From NCBI RefSeq assembly GCF_004010195.1, contig NC_057749.1, positions 18,268,488-18,332,487 on the forward strand: a DNA stretch of 64,000 bases, given 5' to 3'. This document shows positions 53,061 through 64,000 of the stretch, piece after piece. This stretch comes from Chiloscyllium plagiosum. Lineage: Eukaryota. The position numbers were made by a program, and so were the translations under genes. Under the pieces are notes generated by a model. The model did not search any database and was not told the DNA's origin. It worked only from the letters and a program-made list of their open reading frames with translations. How positions within the stretch are numbered: the first letter of the stretch is position 1; each line of letters starts with the position of its first letter.

Positions 53061-53949
53061 TTTTTGGAATTGCCTGCTGCCTCAACACACAAACCATCTT
53101 GCGTGTGACATTGAGTTTTTAAAACTATTTGTTCATGGTATGAGGGCATCACTGACTACACCAGGATCTGTTGTCCATCCCTCATTGTCTTGGAGAAAGC
53201 GGTGCTGAGCTACCTTCATGAGCCACTGCAGTCCATGTGGTATAGGGACATTCTCAATGCCATCAGGGAGAGAGTTCCAAGATTTTGACCCAGAAATACT
53301 GAAGAAAAAGCATATGTTTCCAGGTCAGGGCTTTGTGGAATCTGGAACTGATTTGCATTTTCAAACCTAATTAAAGGCGAAATGGATTCTGCCAATTTGT
53401 CCTCAATTAGAGTTCCAATTTTGTGTAATTAAGCTGTTTTTTGTTTTACCCAGTTCTTGGTTGCATGCCTACATTTTGCTTAAGTTTTTCACAGTAAGGA
53501 ACGAGATGTTGTATACTGGATTGGGTATGAACCTTTCATCTCTGGTATCCTGCAGGTCAGCAGTACTGGTGAACTTCGACACACATTGACATTAGCGCTG
53601 AGCAAGGGTCAGTTTCACTATGTGGCTGGTGTAGGAAGGGGAAACAAAGACAGCGCAGCAGGTTGAAACCAAGGGAGTTTTGCTTAGCCAGTCAGCAAGC
53701 AGATTTAATAAGTAGTGTTCACAATGTACAACTGATTGTTTTCCAACTGAATAACTCGATCATCGTGTTTTCTTTTAACCAGATTGCATTGATATTACTT
53801 GGTCTTTCTAAAATGTTTTGTCTTAACTATGAATTTAGGTAATATTTGATGGAAATAAATAATGCAGATCATTGTTGTTTCATCACATGCCATAGGAGTT
53901 ATCCAGATCAGTGACTGAGAGATGAAGAATACCATTCAGCCCATCTTGA

Positions 53950-54960
53950 TCTATCCATCCAGATGGTAATGGTTGAGTGGGGAATATGTTGGACCATGAG
54001 GTTGCAGATCGTGTTAGGGTACAATACTGCTGTTGAAGGCCCACAGCATTTCAGTCCTAGATATCCAGTCTTGAGTTCTAGATCTGTTTGAAATCTGTCC
54101 CATTTAGCATGATGGTAATGCCACACAACAGAATGGGGAGGATTCTCGATGTGAAGGTGGGGCTTTGTCTCTGCAGAGGCTGTTTGGTGGTGACTCTTAC
54201 TGATATCGTCATGCACAGATGTATCTGCAGCAAGCAATTGGTGAGAATTAATTGGTCATTTATGTTTTTCCCTGTTGGTTCTTTCACCAGCTGGCGCTGC
54301 TATGTCCTTTAGGGCCTGACCAGCTTGATCAGGAGTAGACCATAAGATACAGAAGTCAAACAAGGCCATTCAGCCTTTTGAGTTGAGTTGGCTCTGCCAT
54401 TCGATCATGGCTGATATACTTCTCCGTGCCATTTTCCTATCTTCTCCCAGTAACCTTTGATCCTCTTACTAATCAAGAACTTATCTGTCTCTGTCCTAGG
54501 TGCACTCAGTGACTTGGCCTCCACAGTCTTCTGTGGCAATGAGTAGTGCTACTGTTGAGAGTGGGCATCGAAGACCCCCACCCAGAGTACATTTTGTGCT
54601 CTTGTCACACTTGGTGCTTCCTCCAAATGTTGAAGGAGAACGGATTCATTAGCTGGGGGAGAACAGTATGCTTAACCTGATGCCATGAAACCTCATTGGG
54701 TCTGGAGTCAATGTTTAGGACTTCCAGAACAATTCCCTCCTGATTTTATACCACTGGGCCGCCACCTCTGCTGGGTCTATCATGCAACTGGGTCAAGACA
54801 CACACGCAGGGATGGTGATGTCTAGTATGACTTGGTGACCATGACTACCTCAGGCTGCTGCTTGACTAGTCTGTGAGACAGCTCTCCTAACTTTGGCATG
54901 AGGCCCACCCCAGACGTTAGTTAGCAGGACTTTGCAAAATTGACAGGGCTGCTTTTGACA
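53950..54960 (-). mobile_element. Degenerate LINE endonuclease region with a nested CR1 tail (about 54340-54545)
   Basis: VVWHYHHAKWDRFQTDL and EN-like N-terminal remnants. Confidence 0.6.
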
Positions 54961-55014
54961 TTGATGCTGGTGGTCTGTCTGGTTTGATTTCTTTGTTAAG
55001 ACTTTGTGGAGATT

Positions 55015-55352
55015 GATACAATTGAGTAGCTTGCTAGGGCATTTGAGAGTCAACCACCTTGCTGTGGCTCGAGTCAACCACCTTGCTGTGGCTCGAGTCA
55101 CATGGTATGGTGTACATGTGAGGATGGCAGATTGCCTTCCTGGAAGGACATTAGTGAACCAGATGGGTTTTTCCAACAATCAACAATGGTTTCATGATCA
55201 TCATAAGATTCTTAATTCCATTTTTAAAAATTGAATTCAAATTCTACCATCTCCTGAGGCAGGAAGGCGGGATTCAAAAGAGAGTCCCCAAAACGTGGGC
55301 TGCGTTTCTGGATTAAAAGAGTAGGGATAACACCACTAGGCCATTGCCTCCT
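55015..55352 (-). mobile_element. tRNA-derived SINE of a second family (DeuSINE/SacSINE1-like, tentative); relatives at about 12680-12980 and 29090-29290
   Basis: Minus-strand head GGAGGCAATGGCCTAGTGG...TTGAATCCC; shared GGACATTAGTGAACCAGATGGG. Confidence 0.55.
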
Positions 55353-55997
55353 TGATAATTAGGTATCAGCAATAAGGGTTGGTCCAGTGACTGGCGTGTG
55401 CATGCCACGAACCATGGAAAGAAAGGTTAGTGATGCAGGAGTATAGACCTAAAGTAATTGAAGGAAGGATTAGGGAAGCATTGAGGAAAATCTTTTAATC
55501 CAGACGATGTTAGATCGTAAGGTAGAGGAGCCATTGGGTCCATTGAGTTTGCTTCACCATTCACTGAGATAATGGCAAATATACGTAATACTTAATGGAA
55601 TATACTTAACAACCCAGCTCCAACAGGCCTTTGTGATAAAGAAATGCACAGGTTTACTACCTTTTAATTGAAATTCCTTGTTGCCTCTGTGCTTAACTGG
55701 GCAATCATTTACTCTGAGACTATGCCGTCTGGTCTTAGATTCACTTTGTGGGAGAATCTATCTCTCTGCGTCTACCCTGTCAAGCTGTCTAAGTGCCTTG
55801 TATGTTTCAATAAGGGCATCTCTCATTCTTCTATACTCCAGTGAGTACAAACCTAACCAACTCAATCTTCCTCATAAGACAATTTCTGACTACCTAGGAT
55901 GATCTCTAATCTGCCTCCAATGCCAGTAGATCTTTCCTTTAATAAGTTGATAGTTTTCCCAAGTATTGTCTAACTAGTGCCTGTGTATATTCAGTAA

Positions 55998-56846
55998 TAT
56001 TATGAAATAAAGATAGCAAGCCAAACTAAATCAGCCTCACTATCACTTAGATTTGCAGCACAGTGAAATTAAAAATTCAATAACCCTTAAAATTGCTTAA
56101 TTGTTCCTAGCTAGACTGTATGAATAAAAGATCTTGGATGTCAAGATTATATCAAAAATTAACAATAATAACATAACTTTATGAACTTGGGCTAAGAAAC
56201 AACAAGGTAATCTCTGATGTAAGGCCTAATCTTTGATTTAGACCCCTCACTCAGGCAGACACAGTTAAGGGATATATTAAAAAGAAAATAATTGTGATTT
56301 TCCATGGTCAATAAGCAGTTTCAAAAGACGGATGCTAGGCCTTCAGAAATCCTTGGACAATTTCTTGTTCATCGGCAAATAGAGTTGTATGTCTTGTTTG
56401 AATTCCAGAGTCACCGGTTAATGCAAACCATTTCAGCAGACTTCTATAAATATTAACTTATTTCTTACAGACTGGGTTTCTTTTCTCAGAATATTCAACA
56501 ATTTGAAAACTAGAGTCTCTTGTCACAAGCAAGTCAGATCCGGTTTGTTCTCATTTTTCTCTTTCCAATCAACGTTTTCTGTGATTGGTTGGCTAGCACT
56601 TATCCTCCCTTGATTGACCAATTCACCATCCAACCAGTTGCCAGCCCTGAGCACAGCAACCACTTGGTGCAGGTTTGTCTACAGTGATCTTCGATTGGTC
56701 ATTACTCTCCAGGTCAGTTCACAGCAGAAACTGTTGTCTTTCTTCTCTTTTTTTAAAACAAGCTGCTGTTTAAAGTTCAATTCTTAACTTCAACTCTCAG
56801 TTCCAAACTCAAAAAGAAGAAAAATAAGGTACTGATGGTCTCAATA
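55998..56846. mobile_element. Probable solo LTR inserted in a minus-strand CR1 relic (about 55510-58020)
   Basis: TATT...AATA termini with GTAA duplication; CR1 host is contiguous on both sides. Confidence 0.45.
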
Positions 56847-59067
56847 GTAAGACTTCCCTATTTTGTACTCTAGTTCCTTTTGAAATATTGGCCAACATTC
56901 CATTTGCTTTCTTTATTTCCCACTGAATGTGGGTGGTAGCTCTTGTGATTCATGCTCAAGGACCCCCACACCCTCTGTTCCATTACTTTCTGCAGTCTTT
57001 CACTGATTAAATATTATCCTGCTCTTCTATTCCTGCCACAATATTTAACCTCATATTCTCCCACATTATATTTCAACTGCCAAATTTTTCTGCCTCACTT
57101 AACCTGCCCATGTCACTCTACAGACACTTTGCCATCATCACCATTTGCCTTCCCACCTAATTTTCTTTGTCATCTGTGAATTTAGCAATAGTACATTCAC
57201 CTTCCTAATCCTTGTCATGAATATATAATAAATAATTGTGGCTCTAGTGTTGATTTCTGTGACACTCCACGAATTACAAGTTGGCATCATGAAAATGTCC
57301 TCTCAGCCCAACTCTGTCTTTTGTTAGTTGTACATTACCATGGGTATGGAATTGGCTTAGTGTCAACACCATGAGCTGCTTATCTTTTTAGGTAGCTTAT
57401 ATGTGTGGTAGCTAATCAGACACTTTTAAAAATCCAAACATATTTCATCCACCGTTTACCTCCTTGTTTACCCTGTTTGCTGCCTCTTCAAATAATTCTA
57501 ATAGATTTGTCAGGTTTGAAGACTTAGGATTAGGGTTAAGTTGACTCTGCTTGATCATATTATATATTTCTAAAAGCTGTGCTTTATCTCCTTTATAATA
57601 GACTGACATCCCAGGAACAGATATTAAGCTAACTGGCCTATGGTTAGCTGTTTTTCTAATCTCCTTTTTTGAATTAAGGTGATAGATTGGCATGTTCTCC
57701 AGTTTTCTGGAAATTTTCCAGAATCTTACAAGGTATCCATTATCTCTGTAGCTACTTTATTTAATATCTTAGGATGCATCCCAAGGGATTTATTGGTCTT
57801 TGGCCCCAGTACATTTTCTCTAGTGATGATCATTGTATTTATTTTGACTTCTCTTTTTACTTTTTGATTATTTCGAAAGCACCAATAGAATTCCAAAAAT
57901 ACTATCTGATGCAAAGTCGTTATTTAATTCCTCTGCCATTTCCTGGCTTTTCATTATTATTTCCCCAGCATCATTCTCTAAGGAGCCTATGTTCACTTTG
58001 GATGTTGTCTTCCTTTTCTTATGTATTTTGGAACTTGGTACCTGAAAGAGCAATTCAGGCAGAAACCCTAGTTACTTTTAAATCCACTTGCACTTCACTT
58101 GAAGCGCCTTAACTTGGTTTACAGACCAAGAACTGAAAAGTAAAAATAGGCTGGTTTGCTTGTTTTCTGATCTAGCACAGACATGATGGGCTGAATAGTT
58201 GCCTCCCGTATACTTGTACTGCTTCATTCTGTAATGTACTGAACAACTGGAGTATGAAGTTAGTTAGTACTCGTTGCTTCAATGAGGAGATGAAGATTAG
58301 ATTAATTTGCATTTTCAACAATTTTTCTACATTAGAAATTCATTCTATCCAGTTGTGATTTTACAGCTATGAATTTATCAGCTAACTGTGGTTGAAATAT
58401 TGATTAAGTTTGTTAGATTGCCTAGAATTGATTCCAGAGAAGCATAAAACAGGGCAAAATGGAGGGAGCCCACCTGTACATTGCTAAGCTGTGTAAGAAG
58501 ACCTTAAATTGGAAAATCCCATGACCCAGTCTGAAAGCTGTCGGTACAAGTCAATCAGGTAGGTAATTGAGGATCATAGTGGAGTGCTGCTGTAGTTGAG
58601 ATATGGCATTAATACTGTCTGCTTGCTCAGGTGAAGGTTAGAGATTATTTGATGCAGTTTAAAAAGAACAGTGTGTTCTCATGTCATGGCCAAATCTCTT
58701 TGCTTACTCATAAACAAGTTAATTTGCTGTGTATGCAAAATGGCTGTTGTATTTACTTAACTAACTGTGACTGCACTTTAATCCATTTGTATAAAGTACT
58801 TTGGGGGCTAATGTACTAATGATACGAAAGGCCCTTTTTCTGACTCATGGTGTTGAGTTCCTTCATTTCCCATGAGTTTGGATGTCCACCCTACCCAGTT
58901 TGGGGTGAAAATGGTAACTATTGCAATGGATGGAAACCTATTGTTTGAATTTGAGAAAGTAGGAATCAGGACTGCCTTCCACCTGTCTCTTCAAAGTTTT
59001 CAGATATGCTTTCTGCCCTCAATCCTCTCCCTTTGGTGTGAGAAATGTTTCTCTTCTCTCACTCCAG

Positions 59068-59765
59068 GATAATTTGAGGAAAGACATTCTGGCTATTGAG
59101 GGAGGACAGCGTAGGTTCATGAGGTCAGTTCTTATGCTGAAAGATTGGAGCGACTGGGCTTGTATACACCTGAGTTTAAAAGGCTGAGAGGGGATCTGAT
59201 TGAGACGTATAAGATTATTAAAGGATTGGACACTCTGGAGGCAGGAAGCATGTTTCTGTGATGGGTGAGTCCTGAACCAGAGGACACAGTTTAAAAATAA
59301 GGGGTAGGCCACTTAGAACAGAGTTGAGGAGAAACGTCTTCACCCAGAGAGTGGTGGGTGTATGGAATGCTCTGCCCCAGAAGGCTGTGGAGGCCAAGCC
59401 TCTGGATACTTTCAAGAAAGGAGAAAGTGAGGTCTGCAGATGCTGGAGATCAGAGCTGAAAATGTGTTGCTGGAAAAGCGCAGCAGGTCAGGCAGCATCC
59501 AGGGAACAGGAGAAGGGCTTATGCCCGAAACGTCGATTCTCCTGTTCCCTGGATGCTGCCTGACCTGCTGCGCTTTTCCAGCAACACATTTTCAGCCACT
59601 TTCAAGAAAGAGTTGGATAGAGCTCTTAAGGATAATGGAATCAAGGGTTATGGTGATAAGGCTGGAACAGGATACTGATTGAGGATGATCAGCCATGATC
59701 ATAATGAATGGTGGTGCTGGCTGGAAGGGCAGAATGGCCTACTCCTGCACCTATTGTCTATTGTC
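59068..59765 (+). mobile_element. CR1 3' fragment
   Basis: Same family as 35295-36232. Confidence 0.88.
59421..59597. mobile_element. Family A mini-PLE hairpin inserted in CR1
   Basis: 13-bp TSD ACTTTCAAGAAAG (59408-59420 and 59598-59610); perfect inverted arms around AGGGCTTATGCCCGAAACGTCG. Confidence 0.88.
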
Positions 59766-60107
59766 TTTAATAGAGACAACCACAGTGGCTGTGGAGAAAA
59801 AAATTGCACAGTGCTACCAAGGCAGAACAGGTTAATCTGCATCTGAAGCAGAAAGTTGGGGTAACGTTTTGGGTGTTAGTCCTTTTGAGAAGTGGAAGAG
59901 TCAGTCGAGATGAAGTCCTTTTGTATGGACTGGTGAAGGCATGTCAGTTCATGTCCAGAGAACAAAATGGGAAGTGTATGCTAACAGGTAAAGAGCAGAA
60001 GTTCAAGTGGACTGTTTCTTTAAATAAAGATGCTGCAAATGGCATTGACTAGCTCATGGATATGGCTTTTGATGCTAGAATAGGGGAGGGTGTGGAAAGG
60101 GAGGCCT

Positions 60108-60428
60108 GATGGCTCTGTGGTTAGCACTGTTTTGGTTTTTTGCAGGGACCTGGATTTGATTCCACTCTTGGATGAGTGTTTGTGTGGGGTTTGCACGTTC
60201 TCTCCGTGTCTATGTGGGTTTCCTCCCACAGTCCAAAGGTGTACAGATTAGGAGGATTGGCCGTGCTAAATTGCTCATAGTAGCCTGAGATGTGGCTAAT
60301 CCATTTAGCCAGCACAGGAAATGCACGGTTATTGGAATGGGTCTGGATGGGATGCTCTTTGGAAGTTTGGTTTGGACCTGATGGGCTGAATAGCCTGGAT
60401 CCAGTTTTGTAGGAGTTCTGTGATTCTA
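60108..60428 (+). mobile_element. Degenerate HE1-like SINE
   Basis: Diverged SINE body. Confidence 0.7.
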
Positions 60429-60979
60429 AGATATGGGATGAGAAGTAAATGGAAAGCATTACGATATTCCGAATAAGGTGTTCTTCATTTGTGGGACAAT
60501 CTATAATATTTCCAAGCATGTGGATGACACTGCCAGGTGGGAATATTTGTTGTTAAGAAGTTGTAAAATGGTTTCAAGATGATTTGGACAGACAAGTGGA
60601 AATAAAGTTTCTTTCTTTTGTAAGAGGAACAGATGTGCAAAGTTACTTCTTAACTGGTAAGATGTTGGCAAGTGTAGATGTGCAAAGGTATTAGATTAAC
60701 AAATAAGTTCCTGAAGGCAAGCATGCAAGTGTAGCAAGCTATTATGAAGGCTCATAAAGTTAGCCTTTATTGTAAGAGGACATGTGTCCAGGAGGTGTGA
60801 AGTCTTGCATTTGTAAAGGAGCTTGGTTAAATTGCACCTGCAGTATCATGTGCAGTTGTGGTCTCCTTATCTCAGGAAGGATAGTATTGCCATGGAGGGA
60901 GTGCAAGGAATGTTCCTTAGACTTGTTCCTGGGATGGCAGGACAGTCCTATGGAGAGAGATTGGGTAACCTGGATCTGT

Positions 60980-62389
60980 TAGCGCGTTTTGAGAAGATTT
61001 GTAGCTCAGGTTGAGGTTCTGGATGTAACTTTGCTCGCTGAGCTGGAAGGTTCATTTTCAGACGTTTTGTCACCATATTAGGTAACATCTTCAGTGAACC
61101 TACGGACGAAGCACTGCTGGTGTTTCCTGCTTTCTAATTAATAGGTTTGGGTTTCTTTGGGTTGGTGGTGTCATTTCCTATTGTGATGTCATTTCCTGTT
61201 CTATTTCTCAGGGGGTGGTAAATGGGGTCCAAGTCAGTGTGTTGTTTGATGGAGTTCCAGTTGGAAAGCCATGCTTCTAGGAATTCTCGTACATGTCTCT
61301 GTTTGGTTTGTCCAAGGATGGATGTGTTGTCCCAGTCGAAGTGGTGTCCTTCCTCATCCAAATGTGAGGATACTAGTGAGAGAGAGTCATGCCGTTTTGT
61401 GGCTAGTTGATGTTCATATATCCTGGTGGCTAGTTTTCTGCCTGTTTGTCCAATGTAGTGTTTGTTACAGTTCTTGCACAGTATTTTGTAAATGACATTA
61501 GTTTTGCTCGTTGTCTGTATAAGGTCTTTCAAGTTCATTAGCTGCTGTTTTAGTGTGTTGGTGGGTCTGTAGGCTACCATGATGCCAAGGGATCTGAATA
61601 GTCTGGCAGTCATTTCAGAGATGCCTTTGATGTAGGGGAGCATGGCTAGGGTTTCTGGACGTGTTTTGTCTGCTTGTTTGAGTTTGTTGCTGAGAAATCA
61701 GTGGACTGTGTTCATTGGGTACCCATTCTTTTTGAATACACTGTATAGGTGTACAAGCAGACAAAACACGTCCAAAACCCTTGCCACTCTCCCCTACATC
61801 AAAGACATCTCGGAAATGACTGCCAGACTACTCAGACCTCTTGGCATCATGGTAGCCCACAGACCCACCAACACACTAAAACAGCAGCTAATGAACTTGA
61901 AAGACCCTATACAGACAACAAGCAAAACTAATGTCATTTACAAAATACCATGCAAGGACTGTAACAAATACTACATTGGACAAACAGGCAGAAAACTAGC
62001 CACCAGGATATGTGAACATCAACTAGCCACAAAACGTCATGACCCCCTCTCACTAATCCCTTACATACAGATAAGGAAGGACACCACTTTGACTGGGACA
62101 ACACATCCATCCTGGGACAAGCAAACAGAGACACGCACGAGAATTCCTAGAAGCATGGCATTCCAACTGGAACTCTATCAACAAAGACATCGAGATGGAC
62201 CCAATCTACCACCCCTTGAGAAAAAGAACAGGAAATGACATCACCAACCCAAAGAAACCCAAACATATATATAGAAAGTAGGAAACGTCAGTAGTGTTTC
62301 GTCCGGAGGCTCACTGAAGATGTTACCTAGTATGGTGACGAAACGTCTGAAAATGAACATTCCAGCTCAGTGAGCAATCCTACATCCTG
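60980..62389. mobile_element. Penelope/Poseidon-type PLE (family C): two inverted GIY-YIG/pLTR copies, inserted in a CR1 relic
   Basis: LPYIKGISEMTARL..NVIYKIPCKDCNKYYIGQTGRKLATRI.EH on both strands; flanking AACCTGG(A/G)TCTGT duplication. Confidence 0.93.
62311..62350 (+). ncRNA. Minimal type-I hammerhead ribozyme motif in the PLE pLTR
   Basis: UCA-CUGAAGA-U-GUUACC-UAGUAU-GGUGAC-GAAA-CG-UC-UGA: core, stem II and stem I pairing are all present. Confidence 0.75.
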
Positions 62390-63159
62390 AACCTGGGTCT
62401 GTATTCTCTAGGGTTTTGAATACAAGAGATGATATCATTGAAACTTACAAAATACTTAAGGGGTTTAGAAGAAGGTAAATTGTACCCCCAGTTGGAAATC
62501 TAGACCTTGGGGCCATCATTTGAAAATAAGGGGGAGCCGTTTGGGACTGAGATGAGGAGATTTTGGTGATGAAGAATTTTTGGATTTCTCTACCATTGAA
62601 AATTGGAAGCTCTGTAGATGATTCGATATGATTATATCGAAAGGTAAAGTTGGCTAAGTGGTCTACTCCTGCTGCAGTGTTCCTCACTGAATATTGAACC
62701 ATGTGTGGTTTACCTGGTTTGGAGCACTGGTTTTCTAATCTGTCTTTGGAAAATCCAAGCCATTCACACGAGTGGTTTTAGCAGTTTTTCTCTCATTTCT
62801 CTCATTACTGCTAAGTGATCAGGTTTAATTCAATTTCTGTGAAACTTGGATCCTTTGTGGAAAAGCAGCTGTAAGGTTTATTCAGGTTAAAATGTATAGC
62901 AACCACCTGCTCCAGAAGCAGCATTAATCCTTCATGCTCCATTCTGCCTTAAGAAGTCTGCAGCCTACCCAACTTCTCGGTTTTGACGTTTCTGTCTCTC
63001 ACCACCCTCTTGCTATTTGCCCATCATTGTCTTGTACTCTCCCACCAGCTGGTACTTTGTGCTTTTCTGTGTTTTGGGATTTGGTAGCTTGACATCCTGA
63101 TGTTTCTGCATGGATCAGTGTTCACTGGCACAGGTAATTTTCTGTTCATTGATATCCGC

Positions 63160-63192
63160 TTATTCTTACACCCAATTTCTTACCTTTTCCAG
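63160..63192 (+). promoter_or_regulatory. Splice acceptor of the ZNF609 first coding exon
   Basis: Pyrimidine tract ATTTCTTACCTTTTCCAG, 125 nt upstream of the ATG. Confidence 0.8.
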
Positions 63193-63195
63193 GCG

Positions 63196-63249
63196 ATGAT
63201 GCACTCACATCGACGGAGAGGTTGTGAGGTTGCTTCGATAAGAATCTAA
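63196..63249 (+). promoter_or_regulatory. 17-codon uORF (MMHSHRRRGCEVASIRI*) in the ZNF609 5' UTR
   Basis: ATGATG...TAA read directly; ends 68 nt before the main ATG. Confidence 0.55.
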
Positions 63250-63317
63250 CACACAGGCACTAGTCCAAGGCCACTGAGAAGAGAAAGAAGTCTTTTCACA
63301 AGGAAGGTGAATCTAAG

Positions 63318-64000
63318 ATGTCCTTAAGCAGCAGCAGTTCAGCTGGGAAAGGTGCGGATTCGAATGCTGTTGATGCCTACGACAGTGGGGATGAGTGGGA
63401 TATCGGAGTTGGGAATTTAATCATTGACTTGGACGCAGATTTAGAAAAAGATCAGCAGAAAATGGAAATGTCGGGATCGAAAGATGGGAGCATCCCAGTT
63501 CCGAGTGCAGTGGCGGCTCTGCCAGAGAACATCAAGTTTGTCACGCCAGTTCAAGCACCTCAGGCCAAGGAGAGCAAATCAAAGGCAAAGAGAAATAAGA
63601 GTGCAAAGGATGGGGGTAAATCTGTGTCTGCTGCTTCCCTCTACACACTGGGAGAATCAGGAAATGGGAAGAAAGAGATGCAGGGTCGTTCTGGAGATTT
63701 GACAAATCCCAGCGGACTGGGGTCTTCCAACAGCACATCCAAAGGGTCCGAAAAGGGCCCAAAAACTGTCCGGAATGGAGCTGGATCGAAAAAGGATAAG
63801 GAGGGTGGATCAAGCAAAAGCAAAAAGGATAAAAGTGAGAGCAGTGGAGTTGTGCAGCCTCCCCCTGGAAATGATGCAAATGCTGCACAACAGCTAGGGT
63901 TGGGGTCAGGGTCAAAGGGCAGCTCGTTTGAATGTGCTCCAGGCACAAGCTGCCCTGATGGGGCTACGGGTCAAGTGCTGGATTTGGGAAATGCACCAGT
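63318..64000 (+). CDS. ZNF609: Zinc finger protein 609, N-terminal coding exon (partial, continues past the window)
   Basis: My translation: MSLSSSSSAGKGADSNAVDAYDSGDEWDIGVGNLIIDLDADLEKDQQKMEMSGSKDGSIPVPSAVAALPENIKFVTPV... This matches the ZNF608/609 N-terminal motif; MSLSS, DEWDIG and DQQK favour ZNF609. It is absent from the ORF track because there is no stop in the window. Confidence 0.93.
   Translation, partial: MSLSSSSSAGKGADSNAVDAYDSGDEWDIGVGNLIIDLDADLEKDQQKMEMSGSKDGSIPVPSAVAALPENIKFVTPVQAPQAKESKSKAKRNKSAKDGGKSVSAASLYTLGESGNGKKEMQGRSGDLTNPSGLGSSNSTSKGSEKGPKTVRNGAGSKKDKEGGSSKSKKDKSESSGVVQPPPGNDANAAQQLGLGSGSKGSSFECAPGTSCPDGATGQVLDLGNAP

Noticed and set aside
55047..55100. 24-bp direct repeat GAGTCAACCACCTTGCTGTGGCTC, two copies
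   Set aside because: It is a simple local duplication inside a SINE.
61642..62238. Domesticated GIY-YIG gene
   Set aside because: It is frameshifted near 62060, lacks RT, and the ORF start comes from the opposite palindrome arm.
63484..63948. ORFs 63484+, 63541- and 63641- in the track
   Set aside because: They are alternative-frame or antisense shadows of the ZNF609 CDS.

Overview
Vertebrate genomic DNA, most likely from an elasmobranch (inferred from HE1-type tRNA SINEs with HER1/CR1 LINE partners). It is dominated by transposon relics and has five N-gaps. The only host coding sequence I can support is at the far end: the first coding exon of ZNF609 (+ strand; acceptor AG at 63191-63192, ATG at 63318, open to the window end). 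The rest of the window is therefore probably a long 5' intron or upstream region. Contents: many nested CR1 fragments, a near full-length decayed L1, a Gmr1-type Gypsy (SCAN-gag, integrase before RT), Rex1 and Tx1 3' ends, two Tigger-like MITEs, a 12-bp microsatellite and a 40-bp minisatellite. The most striking pattern is three families of Penelope-like element (PLE) termini carrying minimal hammerhead-ribozyme motifs. These occur as about 95-230 bp non-coding insertions with 10-14 bp target-site duplications, often as hairpins. One intact hammerhead lies on the ZNF609 sense strand about 850 nt before the exon orthologous to the circ-ZNF609 exon. There is also a 1.7-kb palindrome made of two LINE 3' ends. 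Repeat boundaries were read by eye and are approximate unless TSDs are given.
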